Source: Actinomycetota bacterium
Lineage (GTDB): Bacteria; Actinomycetota; Actinomycetes; S36-B12; UBA5976
Length of the DNA: 53,110 nucleotides
Assembly (NCBI GenBank): GCA_026393095.1
Contig: JAPLAV010000019.1
Coordinates: 1-53,110, forward strand
Direction: 5' to 3'
The translations under genes and the position numbers were made by a program. Positions 1 to 9,603 of this stretch are shown here, one piece after another. Each line of letters begins with the position of its first letter. Positions within the stretch are counted from its first letter, which is position 1. The notes beneath the pieces were generated by a model. The model had not been told where the DNA came from and searched no databases. It saw only the letters and a list, made by a program, of their open reading frames with translations.

Positions 1-1
1 A

Positions 2-706
2 ACTGTTGCAGGAACCAACAAAAAAGTTACTTTAGAACTTGGTGGCAAAGCTGCCAATATTGTTTTCGATGATGCTGCCATGGATCAAGCAGTTGAAGGT
101 GTTGTAAACGGAATTTTCTTCAATCAAGGTCACGTTTGTTGTGCAGGATCTAGATTGCTCTTACAAGAATCTATTTCTGATGAATTCTTAAATCTTTTAT
201 ATGAGCGAATGAAAACCCTTCGATTAGGCGATCCCCTAGATAAGAACACAGATATTGGAGCCATTAACTCTGCTGCCCAGTTAGCCAAAATTAAAGAATT
301 AACTAATGCTGGAAAATCTGAAGGAGCAGAAATGTGGAGTGCTCCTTGTGAAATTCCTAATAAAGGTTTCTGGTTTGCCCCTACAGTATTTACAAATGTT
401 TCTCTTTCTCATCGAATTGCGCGTGAAGAAATATTTGGTCCAGTTTTGAGTGTGCTTACCTTCAGAACTCCTGATGAAGCAATTGAAAAAGCCAACAACA
501 CTCCATTTGGTTTAAGTACTGGAATTTGGACTGAAACGGGTTCACGAATTCTAGAAGTTGCACACAGATTAAGAGCTGGTGTGGTGTGGGCAAATACATT
601 TAACAAGTTTGATCCAACAAGTCCATTTGGTGGATATAAAGAATCAGGTTATGGTCGCGAAGGCGGACGTCACGGATTAGAACCATACTTAAAGGCAGGT
701 AAATAA
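2..706 (+). CDS. Aldehyde dehydrogenase (catalytic partner), 5'-truncated by the window edge
   Basis: Frame is open from base 2 (TVAGTNKKVTLELGGKAANIVFDDA). Contains LELGGK, the catalytic Cys region FNQGHVCCAGSR, EEIFGPV and PFGGYKESG. Confidence 0.93.
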   Translation, partial: TVAGTNKKVTLELGGKAANIVFDDAAMDQAVEGVVNGIFFNQGHVCCAGSRLLLQESISDEFLNLLYERMKTLRLGDPLDKNTDIGAINSAAQLAKIKELTNAGKSEGAEMWSAPCEIPNKGFWFAPTVFTNVSLSHRIAREEIFGPVLSVLTFRTPDEAIEKANNTPFGLSTGIWTETGSRILEVAHRLRAGVVWANTFNKFDPTSPFGGYKESGYGREGGRHGLEPYLKAGK

Positions 707-1552
707 ATGTCAAACATTGATGTGAAAAGAACTGCCAAATTATTTATTGGTGGAGCTTTTCCTAGATCTGAATCTGGCAGAACCTATGAAGCAAAAGATA
801 AGAATAAAAACTTTGTAGCAAATGTTGCCCTTGCCTCAAGAAAAGATGGCAGAGACGCTGTTGTGGCAGCTAGAGCTGCTTTTGCTAAATGGTCAGAAGC
901 AACTGCTTATAACCGTGCACAAGTTCTTTACCGAGTTTCAGAAATCATGCAAGGCAGACGTGAACAATTTGTTGAAGAATTAAGTCTATGGACAAAAACT
1001 AAGAAGCAAGCAGAAAATGAAGTTGATGAAGCAATCAATCGCATGGTTTGGTTTGCTGGTTGGGCTGACAAAATTGCGATGGTAACTGGATCTAATAATC
1101 CTGTGGCAGGACCATTCTTTGATTTTTCAATTCCAGAACCAACAGGAGTTGTGGCAGCAATTGCTCCAGAAGATTCGGCCCTTTTAGGTTTAGTCGAAAC
1201 CATTGCATCAATTGTTGTCAGTGGAAATACAGTTATTGTTATTGCTTCAGAATCGCAACCTCTTCCAGCTGTTTCTTTGGCCGAAGTAATTGCTACAAGT
1301 GATGTGCCAGGTGGAGTTATTAATATTCTGACTGGTTCTTACAAAGAAATAGCCCCATGGTTGGCAAGTCATCAAGACGTTAATGCTCTTGATTTAACCG
1401 GAGTAGATAAAAAACAAATTGCTTTAGAATTAGAAAAGGAAGCAGCCACTAATTTAAAGCGTGTACTTCGTTCAAATACTAAACTTGATGGATTAGCCAG
1501 AATTAAAGTTTTCTTAGAGACCAAAACTGTGTGGCATCCGCGAGGATTTTAG
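707..1552 (+). CDS. Aldehyde dehydrogenase-like half protein (NAD-binding domain only)
   Basis: ALDH N-terminal features ([22 protein letters not shown]) and C-terminal ETKTVW, but no ELGG or catalytic Cys domain. Abuts the upstream ALDH stop (TAAATG). Confidence 0.85.
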   Translation: MSNIDVKRTAKLFIGGAFPRSESGRTYEAKDKNKNFVANVALASRKDGRDAVVAARAAFAKWSEATAYNRAQVLYRVSEIMQGRREQFVEELSLWTKTKKQAENEVDEAINRMVWFAGWADKIAMVTGSNNPVAGPFFDFSIPEPTGVVAAIAPEDSALLGLVETIASIVVSGNTVIVIASESQPLPAVSLAEVIATSDVPGGVINILTGSYKEIAPWLASHQDVNALDLTGVDKKQIALELEKEAATNLKRVLRSNTKLDGLARIKVFLETKTVWHPRGF

Positions 1553-2655
1553 AACTTAATCCCTAATTCTTGGGCAATTTTTGCATAAGTTGGTTTAATT
1601 GTTTCATTAATCAGTTTAAGTCTTTGATCAAATGGAATAAATGAACTTTTCATAGCATTTACAGTTAACCATTGCAATTGCTTCAAAGTAAAACCTAATT
1701 CATTTACCAGAAGAGTCATTTCTTTAGTCATTGAAGTGTCAGACATTAATCTGTTGTCAGTATTAACGGTTGCTCTAAAACCAAGCTTTGTTAGCACGCC
1801 AATAGGATGTTCTTTAATACTTTTTGCTGCCCCTGTTTGCACATTTGATGATGGGCAAAGTTCTAGTGGCACTCTTCTATCTCTGACGTAAGCAGAAAGT
1901 TCACCAAGTTTTATTTCGCCATTTGATTGAAAACTTAAATCATCAACAATTTTTACTCCATGACCTAATCGGTCTGTGCCACAAATTTGAACTGCTTCCC
2001 AAATTGAAGGCAATCCAAATGCTTCCCCAGCATGAATTGTCATATGAAAGTTGGCTCGTCGAACAGCATCAAATGCATCTAAATGTCTTGTCGGTGGAAA
2101 GCCTGCTTCTTTGCCAGCAATGTCAAAACCAACAACACCTTTTTCGCGCCACTTAACTGAAAGTTCTGCAATCTCAATTGATCTTGCAGCTGTTCTTATA
2201 GCTGTTAGTAACGCTCTAACCACAATTGGTTTGCCATTTCTTGCCATGGTTTCTTCGCCACGTTGGAAACCTTTAAGCACAGCTTCGACAACTTGATCGA
2301 GTGTTAAGCCTTGATTTTGATGTAATTCGGGTGCAAATCTTACTTCGGCATAAACAACGCCATCATTTGCTAAATCTTCAGCGGCTTCAAAGGCCACTCT
2401 CTCTAAAGCCGCCGTTGTTTGCATCACGCCAACTGTGTGAACAAAAGCTTCTAAGTATTTTTCAAGTGATCCAGAATCACAGTTATCTCTAAACCATTTG
2501 GCAAGTTCAATTGGATCTGTAGTTGGAAGATTTTTATAGCCGAATTCTTTTGCTAAATCAGCAACCGTGGCGGGTCTAACGCCCCCATCTAAATGATCGT
2601 GCAATAAAACTTTAGGTACCGTTTTGATTATTTCTGGTGTTAACGTCTGAGACAT
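1549..2655 (-). CDS. add: Adenosine deaminase
   Basis: [39 protein letters not shown] and NTDN motifs. Confidence 0.93.
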   Translation of the reverse strand: MSQTLTPEIIKTVPKVLLHDHLDGGVRPATVADLAKEFGYKNLPTTDPIELAKWFRDNCDSGSLEKYLEAFVHTVGVMQTTAALERVAFEAAEDLANDGVVYAEVRFAPELHQNQGLTLDQVVEAVLKGFQRGEETMARNGKPIVVRALLTAIRTAARSIEIAELSVKWREKGVVGFDIAGKEAGFPPTRHLDAFDAVRRANFHMTIHAGEAFGLPSIWEAVQICGTDRLGHGVKIVDDLSFQSNGEIKLGELSAYVRDRRVPLELCPSSNVQTGAAKSIKEHPIGVLTKLGFRATVNTDNRLMSDTSMTKEMTLLVNELGFTLKQLQWLTVNAMKSSFIPFDQRLKLINETIKPTYAKIAQELGIKF

Positions 2656-4170
2656 TTAGTTAACGTCTCCACCCGCCATTAGTCTTCCCACTTTGTTTCT
2701 TTCAGCATCTTTTTCATCCAAAATTTTTACAATTTTTCCTGCATACATAACTGCTACTCGATCAGCTAAACCTAAAACTTCATCTAATTCTGCTGAAACC
2801 AAAAGCACAGCAGAGCCTGCATCTCGTGCTGCCACTATTTGATTATGAATAAATTCGATGGAACCCACATCAACGCCTCTTGTTGGTTGAGCTGCGATCA
2901 AGAGTTTTGGTCCCCAGATTAGTTCTCTAGCGATTACCAATTTTTGTTTATTGCCACCAGATAATGAACCGGCAGAAGTATCAATTGAAGGAGTTCTTAC
3001 ATCAAATTTTTCAACTAATTTAGTGGCTAATGCTCTAATTGCACCAGTTTGTCTTACCCCTGCTTTAGAAAATTCCTTTTCATCAAATCTATTTAAAACA
3101 GAATTATCAGCAATCGAATAGGCAGCAACTAAGCCATCTTTTTCGCGATCTTCTGGAACATGAGCTACGCCTAGTTCATGAATTTTGTGCGGACTTAACT
3201 TAGTTACATCTTCATTACTAATTACTACTGTGCCTGAGTCAATTTTTCTTAAACCCGTAATGGCTTGAACTAATTCTCTTTGCCCATTTCCTTCAACTCC
3301 TGCAATTCCAACAATTTCACCAGCTCTAACCTCAAGAGTTAAATCTTTTACTGCTGGTAATTTTCTATCATCTTGCACGTTTAGGTTTTTAATTTGTAAA
3401 ACTACTTCTTTTGGATTAGCGGGACCTTTTTTGACATCTAGCACCACACTTCGACCAACCATCATGGTTGCTAAACCTTCTTGATCCGTATCTTTTGGTC
3501 TGGCAGTTCCAACAACTTTTCCATTTCGAAGCACAACAACACGATCAGCTATTGCTAATACTTCACGAAGTTTATGAGTAATAAAAATTACTCCTACTCC
3601 CTTTTCGGCAAATCCTTGCATAACCTTTAGTAACTCATCTGTTTCTTGAGGTGTTAAAACTGCGGTTGGCTCATCCATGATCAAAATATCTGCTTTGCGA
3701 TAAAGCATCTTTAGAATTTCTACTCTTTGCTGCATTCCGACTGGTAAATCTTCAATTCTTGCTTTCGCATCAACTTCCAAACCATATTTAACAGATAACT
3801 CAGAAACTTCTTTTTCAGCCGCATCTAAATCAAATTTTATTCCCTTAGTCTTTTCTGCGCCCAACACAATATTTTCTGCCACAGTCATAACTGGAACTAA
3901 TTGAAAATGTTGATGCACCATGCCAATTCCTTTAGCAATTGCTTCTGCTGGGGAATGAAATTCAACTTTTTTACCCTTAATGAATAATTCTCCACCATCA
4001 GAACCATAAAGACCATAAATCATTTTTACTAACGTGGATTTTCCTGCACCATTTTCACCTAGCAGCGCAAGTATTTCACCTTTTTCTAGAGTTAATGAGA
4101 CATTGTCATTAGCTAAAACTCCTGGAAATTTCTTAGATAAATTTTTAGCTTCAATTAAATATTCAGTCAC
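2656..4170 (-). CDS. Nucleoside/sugar (CUT2) ABC transporter ATP-binding protein with two ABC domains
   Basis: GENGAGKS, GMVHQHF, MDEPTAVL, LSGGNKQK, AQPTRGVDVG. Confidence 0.93.
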   Translation of the reverse strand: MTEYLIEAKNLSKKFPGVLANDNVSLTLEKGEILALLGENGAGKSTLVKMIYGLYGSDGGELFIKGKKVEFHSPAEAIAKGIGMVHQHFQLVPVMTVAENIVLGAEKTKGIKFDLDAAEKEVSELSVKYGLEVDAKARIEDLPVGMQQRVEILKMLYRKADILIMDEPTAVLTPQETDELLKVMQGFAEKGVGVIFITHKLREVLAIADRVVVLRNGKVVGTARPKDTDQEGLATMMVGRSVVLDVKKGPANPKEVVLQIKNLNVQDDRKLPAVKDLTLEVRAGEIVGIAGVEGNGQRELVQAITGLRKIDSGTVVISNEDVTKLSPHKIHELGVAHVPEDREKDGLVAAYSIADNSVLNRFDEKEFSKAGVRQTGAIRALATKLVEKFDVRTPSIDTSAGSLSGGNKQKLVIARELIWGPKLLIAAQPTRGVDVGSIEFIHNQIVAARDAGSAVLLVSAELDEVLGLADRVAVMYAGKIVKILDEKDAERNKVGRLMAGGDVN

Positions 4171-4173
4171 GAC

Positions 4174-5166
4174 TTAGCCTTCCTTTGTATAAGGCTGGCC
4201 CGCTGCCGCAGGAGGTCTTACTCTTCCCACCGCAATTGATAACACAATTAAGGTCATGACGAATGGCAACAAGTTAACGAATTGTTGTGGAATATTTATA
4301 ACTTCATCAGCTTGTAATTGACTAGCAATTGCTGTTGATAAACCAAAAAATAACGCTGCAGCAAGAGCACCCATTGGATTCCAGGCACCAAAGATCATGA
4401 TTGCTAAAGCTAAAAATCCTCGTCCCGCGGTTAATCCTCGAGCAAATGTGCCTGCAGCTTCTAACGCTAAGAATGCGCCAGCACAACCTGCTAAAGCTCC
4501 AGCAAGAGTTACATTCATCATCCGAACTCTGGTGACATTAATACCTGCAGCATCTGCTGCACTTGGATATTCACCAACTGATCTACTTCTTAAACCCCAA
4601 CGAGTTTTAAACAATGCATAATTAACAGCAACAACAATAAATAACGTGGAGAGTGCAAACAAACCATTTCTAAAAAATACTGGTCCAATCAGAGGAATAT
4701 CACTTAACAAAGGAATAGACACAACTGGCATTAATTCCGGAAGAGTTTTTCCTTGCGCGTAGAAAAATGACGTCAAACCTGCTGCCACAATATTGATAAC
4801 TACTCCAGCAATAATTTGATCCATCTCCCACTTAACCGCAGCCACAGCTAAGAATGCCCCCATCAAAACTCCGGTTAAAATGCCAATAATCATTCCTAAA
4901 TAAATGCTTCCTGTGAATACTGAACCAAAGAAGCCTGCAAATGCAGACATCAACATTTGACCTTCTATGCCAATATTTACTACTCCGGATCTTTCTCCAA
5001 TAATTCCCACCATCGCAGCCAAAACCAATGGAACTGCATAACCCCAACCAAAAACCAACACAGAAGTGGTTCTAATTTCATCCAGGAAATAGAAGACATA
5101 AGCAATTACAGTTACTAAACCAAGAGTTATTAATGACTTCTTGTTATCGCTTATAAAATCCAACAT
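4174..5166 (-). CDS. Nucleoside ABC transporter permease (BPD_transp_2)
   Basis: ERSGVVNIGIEG motif, GRGFLALA, hydrophobic helices, operon context. Confidence 0.92.
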   Translation of the reverse strand: MLDFISDNKKSLITLGLVTVIAYVFYFLDEIRTTSVLVFGWGYAVPLVLAAMVGIIGERSGVVNIGIEGQMLMSAFAGFFGSVFTGSIYLGMIIGILTGVLMGAFLAVAAVKWEMDQIIAGVVINIVAAGLTSFFYAQGKTLPELMPVVSIPLLSDIPLIGPVFFRNGLFALSTLFIVVAVNYALFKTRWGLRSRSVGEYPSAADAAGINVTRVRMMNVTLAGALAGCAGAFLALEAAGTFARGLTAGRGFLALAIMIFGAWNPMGALAAALFFGLSTAIASQLQADEVINIPQQFVNLLPFVMTLIVLSIAVGRVRPPAAAGQPYTKEG

Positions 5167-6258
5167 TTAGCTACCCCAACCACTTGTGACATTAGCAGTT
5201 TTTTGAGCTTTTCCTTTAAATAAGAATTTTGCTAAAATTGGCGCTGAAACTAACAATAAAGTGATTGCAAGCAAAACATCAACAATTTCTGGTTCAATTC
5301 CAGTATTAAATTGCAAAGATGCTCCACCAGCACGAAGTGTGCCTACCAGGATTGCTGCAGGAATTGTTGCTAGAGGATTTGATCTTGCTAGAAGTGCAAT
5401 GGTTATGCCATCAAAACCTAAACCCGAATTAAAAGCAGGCTCAAATCTATATGTGATTCCTAAAGTTTCAATTGCGCCACCTAAACCTGCAAGTCCCCCA
5501 CTTAAAAGCATTCCAGTCACAATCATTAACTTCATATTGATACCTGCGTAACTGGCAGCAAATTTATTCTTGCCAACTGTATTAAATCTAAAGCCAGCAG
5601 TAGTTCTATTAAGCATCCAAGAAACAAGTAAGCACACCAAAATTGCGAGAATAAAACCAAAAGGAATCACTCCAAAATTGGGAAGAATGGCAGATTCTGC
5701 AATTTTTTTAGTTCTTTGAAGTGACTGATCGGGTTCGCGAAAAGGATTACTTACTAAGTAATCAAGTATTCCAACCGCAATACTGTTGAGCATAATTGTC
5801 GAAATAACTTCATGTACTCCTCGATAAGCTTTTAAGAGTCCTGCAATAGCTGCCCAAAGAGCTCCAACTACAACACCGCAAACTAAAGAAACAATTACGT
5901 GTAAAATTGGGGGTAGATTTGTTATGTAAATTCCTGCAAGGGCCGATGCAAGGGCTGCAGAAATTAATTGTCCTTGTGCGCCAATATTAAATAACCCAAT
6001 TCTTAAAGCAACAGTTACAGCAAGTCCTGCTAATACAAGAGGTGTAGTTTTTTGAAAAGTTCTTAACAATCCATCAGAATCAAACCAAGCTTCTGAAAAT
6101 ATTGCACGATACGCGACTAAAGGATTAACTCCCTGTAGCGAAATTAAAATGCCACCTAAAACGAAAGCCACGAAAATAGCTACTATAGGAACGACTATTG
6201 ATTGGTTGCGAACGAAGAAACCTAAATCTTTTTCTTTTTTAGATTCTGTAATTGTCAA
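5167..6258 (-). CDS. Nucleoside ABC transporter permease (BPD_transp_2)
   Basis: GLFNIGAQGQ, HEVISTIMLN, GFDGITIALL. Start moved from 6297 to TTG at 6258, which follows AAGGGAG; 6297 lies inside a hairpin. Confidence 0.9.
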   Translation of the reverse strand: MTITESKKEKDLGFFVRNQSIVVPIVAIFVAFVLGGILISLQGVNPLVAYRAIFSEAWFDSDGLLRTFQKTTPLVLAGLAVTVALRIGLFNIGAQGQLISAALASALAGIYITNLPPILHVIVSLVCGVVVGALWAAIAGLLKAYRGVHEVISTIMLNSIAVGILDYLVSNPFREPDQSLQRTKKIAESAILPNFGVIPFGFILAILVCLLVSWMLNRTTAGFRFNTVGKNKFAASYAGINMKLMIVTGMLLSGGLAGLGGAIETLGITYRFEPAFNSGLGFDGITIALLARSNPLATIPAAILVGTLRAGGASLQFNTGIEPEIVDVLLAITLLLVSAPILAKFLFKGKAQKTANVTSGWGS

Positions 6259-6285
6259 TTGGTTTCTCCCTTCTCTACGTATGAA

Positions 6286-6314
6286 AGTGGGACGCAATAA
6301 AATTGCGTCCCACT
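6286..6314 (-). terminator. Intercistronic stem-loop (mRNA stabiliser or partial terminator) after the BMP gene
   Basis: Perfect 13-bp inverted repeat AGTGGGACGCAAT-3 nt-ATTGCGTCCCACT with only a short U-tract on the minus strand. Confidence 0.7.
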
Positions 6315-6343
6315 AACATTCTGTCCTTAATTAACTGATTTGA

Positions 6344-7402
6344 CTAGAGAGTCACGCCAGTCATTATTGAACCGTCTTTCAATCCAGCTACAATTTCTGC
6401 AACCTTTGCTTGGATATCAGCAGAAACTGCTGCAGCCAAATCATGGTAGTCAGCTAGACCGGTGGTTCCATTGAAGTTTCCACCCTTGATGCTTCCGTCA
6501 AATGCAGCTTTTACTAGATCTGATGTTCCTTCAACCAGACCTTTCATTGCTGATGTAACTAAGCATGGTTGTGCTTCTGGAACAGTTCCCCATTGATCAG
6601 TGTCAACACCGATACAGAAGATTGAAGTTCCGGCACCTTCAGCTTTTGCAATTTCAATTAATGCACCGTTACCAGTTCCGCCACCTGCACCGAAAATGAT
6701 GTCTGCACCTTGTGAAAGTTGCTTCTTAGCTTCTGCTGCTCCCCATACAGGATCACCGAAACCGTTGTCGGCTGGTGGATGGTAAACAGTTGTAACTTTA
6801 ACTGCTGCGTTTGCAGCAGTTGCGCCAGCTTCAAAACCCTTTGCGAATTTTTGTACTGGTGCGATTTCCAAACCTAGAACTTGTCCAAGTTTGTTGGTCT
6901 TTGTTAGCAATCCTGCTAAGTAACCTGCTGCGTAACCTGCTTGATCTTCAGGGAAAATCAAACCAGTTAAGTTAGCAACTTCTTCAGCTTGGAATTGATC
7001 CACACCGATGAACTTGGTGTTTGGATTTTCTTTTGCTGCTGCAACTGATGCTTCTGCCATCAAGAAACCAACTGTGACGATTACGTCATAGCTCTTGTCG
7101 GTGAATTGCTTCATGTTTGCTGCATAGTCTTTTGTATCGGTTGTTTCGATGTATTTAGCGAAACCGCCTACTTCTGCTGCTGCTGCTTGAGCACCTTCCC
7201 ATGCGGATTGGTTGAATGACTTGTCATCAACCTTGCCGATGTCGGTTACTAAACCAACGCAGAAGCTTTCAGCTGCTGCACAGTTTGAATCATCTAATGC
7301 AGCTGCAGTTGTTTCTGCTGCTGTATCAGTTGTTCCACTGCTGCAAGCTGCTAGTACTAAAGCAAGAATTGAAATTCCTGCTAATGTGCGCATGCGCTTC
7401 AT
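6344..7402 (-). CDS. BMP-family ABC substrate-binding lipoprotein (nucleoside binding)
   Basis: Lipobox LAAC, DDKSFNQSAWEG, IGVDQ, GVDTDQ, VTSAMK. RBS AAGGGAG. Confidence 0.92.
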   Translation of the reverse strand: MKRMRTLAGISILALVLAACSSGTTDTAAETTAAALDDSNCAAAESFCVGLVTDIGKVDDKSFNQSAWEGAQAAAAEVGGFAKYIETTDTKDYAANMKQFTDKSYDVIVTVGFLMAEASVAAAKENPNTKFIGVDQFQAEEVANLTGLIFPEDQAGYAAGYLAGLLTKTNKLGQVLGLEIAPVQKFAKGFEAGATAANAAVKVTTVYHPPADNGFGDPVWGAAEAKKQLSQGADIIFGAGGGTGNGALIEIAKAEGAGTSIFCIGVDTDQWGTVPEAQPCLVTSAMKGLVEGTSDLVKAAFDGSIKGGNFNGTTGLADYHDLAAAVSADIQAKVAEIVAGLKDGSIMTGVTL

Positions 7403-7582
7403 TAACTAGTGCTCCCTTTTTTTGTTCGCCCCATTTTTGGGAACGTTTGAGTACCAGTAGTTTTCACTGCTGATAAATAAGACACTACGGCAAAGACGAA
7501 GAGTTTTCCCTGTATATATAGGTGAATTCGATTACGTGATGAAAGCGTTATGTGACTTCTGTTACTAGTGTGAACTAGTGTT

Positions 7583-8851
7583 TTAAGAGATACGTTCGAG
7601 AATGATTTTTCGTTTTTCCTTTGGTTCGGCACCAATAGTAAAAGCATTTTTTAGAGCTTCCTTAGCCAATGGCAATCTTGAAGCGTCATCTATGTGAAGT
7701 TCCAAAACTGGTTGATCTTTTTCCACATAATCACCCTCTTTAGCCAAACAAATAATTCCAGCAGTTTTTGAAACAGCATCTTCTTTCTTTGCTCTGCCTG
7801 CACCTAATCTCCAAGCAGATAATCCAATTGCATAAGCATCTAAATCTGTGATGTAACCAGATTGAGTAGCTACAACATTTTCTTTTTTCTTTGCTACAGG
7901 AATTTCAATATCAGGATTTCCACCTTGGGCAATGATCATTTTCTTCCACACTTGCAAAGCTGTGCCATCTTTTAATCCTGTTGCTGGATCTTTATTAATT
8001 CCTGCTAATTGCAACATTTCTTTGGCTAATGCCAAAGTTATTTCAATAACATCTTGAGGACCTTTGCCATTTAGTACATCAATAGATTCACTTACCTCTA
8101 ATGCGTTTCCAACAGCATTACCAAGAGGTGTATCCATTTGAGTAATAAGTGCAACAGTTTTAACTCCTGCTTTGTTACCAATTTCAACCATAGTCTCAGC
8201 CAATTGTTTTGCTCGTGAGAAATCTTTCATAAAGGCACCACGTCCTGCTTTAACATCCAAAACTAAAGATTGAGTACCTTCAGCAATTTTCTTACTCATA
8301 ATGGAGGAGGCAATTAAGGAAATGCATTCAACTGTTCCGATTACATCTCTAAAGGAATACATTTTTCTATCTGCTGGTGCCAAACCTGCTCCAGCAGCAG
8401 TAATAAAAACGCCCACATCTTTGAGTTGTTGAATCATTTTCTCATTTGAAAGCGTGATGTTAAATCCAGAAACAGATTCCATCTTGTCTAAAGTTCCACC
8501 AAAAGTTCCAAGTCCTCTTCCAGACAATTGTGGAACAGCAGCTCCAAAAGATGCCACTAATGGACACAAAGGAAGAGATATTTTGTCTCCTACTCCACCA
8601 GTGGAATGTTTATCTACTGTTGGTTTTCCTACACTTGATAAATCTAAAATTTCACCACTTTTAATCATGGCATCTGTCCACACACTTAGTTCTTCTTTAT
8701 TTAAACCTTGAAAGAAAACTGCCATAAGAAAAGAGCCAGCTTGTTCATCAGGAATTTCATTCTTTGTGAAAGCGTTGATGAACCAACGAATTTGTGCTTC
8801 AGTTAAAACACCACCGTCGCGTTTAGCGTAAATCAAATCTTGAAAGTTCAT
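7583..8851 (-). CDS. deoA: Thymidine/pyrimidine-nucleoside phosphorylase (variant phosphate loop)
   Basis: VDKHSTGGVGDK, SGRGLG..GGTLDK, SSIMSKKIAEG, LGAGR. Start set at ATG 8851, an ATGA overlap with the SDR stop. Confidence 0.9.
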   Translation of the reverse strand: MNFQDLIYAKRDGGVLTEAQIRWFINAFTKNEIPDEQAGSFLMAVFFQGLNKEELSVWTDAMIKSGEILDLSSVGKPTVDKHSTGGVGDKISLPLCPLVASFGAAVPQLSGRGLGTFGGTLDKMESVSGFNITLSNEKMIQQLKDVGVFITAAGAGLAPADRKMYSFRDVIGTVECISLIASSIMSKKIAEGTQSLVLDVKAGRGAFMKDFSRAKQLAETMVEIGNKAGVKTVALITQMDTPLGNAVGNALEVSESIDVLNGKGPQDVIEITLALAKEMLQLAGINKDPATGLKDGTALQVWKKMIIAQGGNPDIEIPVAKKKENVVATQSGYITDLDAYAIGLSAWRLGAGRAKKEDAVSKTAGIICLAKEGDYVEKDQPVLELHIDDASRLPLAKEALKNAFTIGAEPKEKRKIILERIS

Positions 8852-9603
8852 GCCACACTCCAACCACCATCAACGCTAACAGAAATTCCTGTTATGCCTG
8901 ATGCTTCATCACTTAAAAGGAAGGAAACTGTCTTTGCTACCTCACTAGCAGTAACTGGTCTTTTAATAGGTGATCTTTCATTCCATTTCTTTACACCTTC
9001 GGGCCATGATTTATCTAAGCCATCTCGATTAACTAAACCTGGTGCAACTGCATTACATCTCACACCCATTGCTGCTAATTCAACAGCTGCCAATTCTGTG
9101 TATCTAGTTAACGCGGCTTTGCTTGATGCGTAAAGAGAATGATTTGGAAAGGGATGTTCTGCTTCCACTGAAGTGATATTGACGATGGCTGATCCTGGTT
9201 TAAAAATATTCAAACAAGCTTTAACAATGGCTTGGGGGGCTAATACGTTGGTAAACATTATCGAATTCATCACTTCTTCATCCATTGGATCTTCTGGGTC
9301 AAGAGTTTGATCGGCTGCGTTATTAATTAAGTAATCAATTGTCGAAACTTGCTTTAAGACTTCTGAGATCATTTTCTCTGCAACCTGATCAAGATTTCCA
9401 GTTGATAAATCACTTTGCACCAGAAATGCAGTGCCGTTTTGCTGCTTAATAAGAGAAACTACATCTTCGGCACCCTTTTTATTATTGTTGTAATGAAGCA
9501 CAACTTGGGCACCATCATTTGCCATTTGTAAGGCAATTTCTTTTCCTAATCCAGAACTAGCCCCTGTAACTAATGCAACTTTGTTGCTAAATTTATTGGT
9601 CAT
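8848..9603 (-). CDS. Short-chain dehydrogenase/reductase, substrate unknown
   Basis: TGASSGLG, NNAA, YASSK (YxxxK), NAVAPG, VDGG. Confidence 0.92.
   Translation of the reverse strand: MTNKFSNKVALVTGASSGLGKEIALQMANDGAQVVLHYNNNKKGAEDVVSLIKQQNGTAFLVQSDLSTGNLDQVAEKMISEVLKQVSTIDYLINNAADQTLDPEDPMDEEVMNSIMFTNVLAPQAIVKACLNIFKPGSAIVNITSVEAEHPFPNHSLYASSKAALTRYTELAAVELAAMGVRCNAVAPGLVNRDGLDKSWPEGVKKWNERSPIKRPVTASEVAKTVSFLLSDEASGITGISVSVDGGWSVA

Noticed and set aside
7403-7582. Purine riboswitch, or the 81-aa ORF 7402-7647, ahead of the BMP gene
   Set aside because: No purine-aptamer junction pattern is visible; the ORF overlaps deoA and has no protein-like features.
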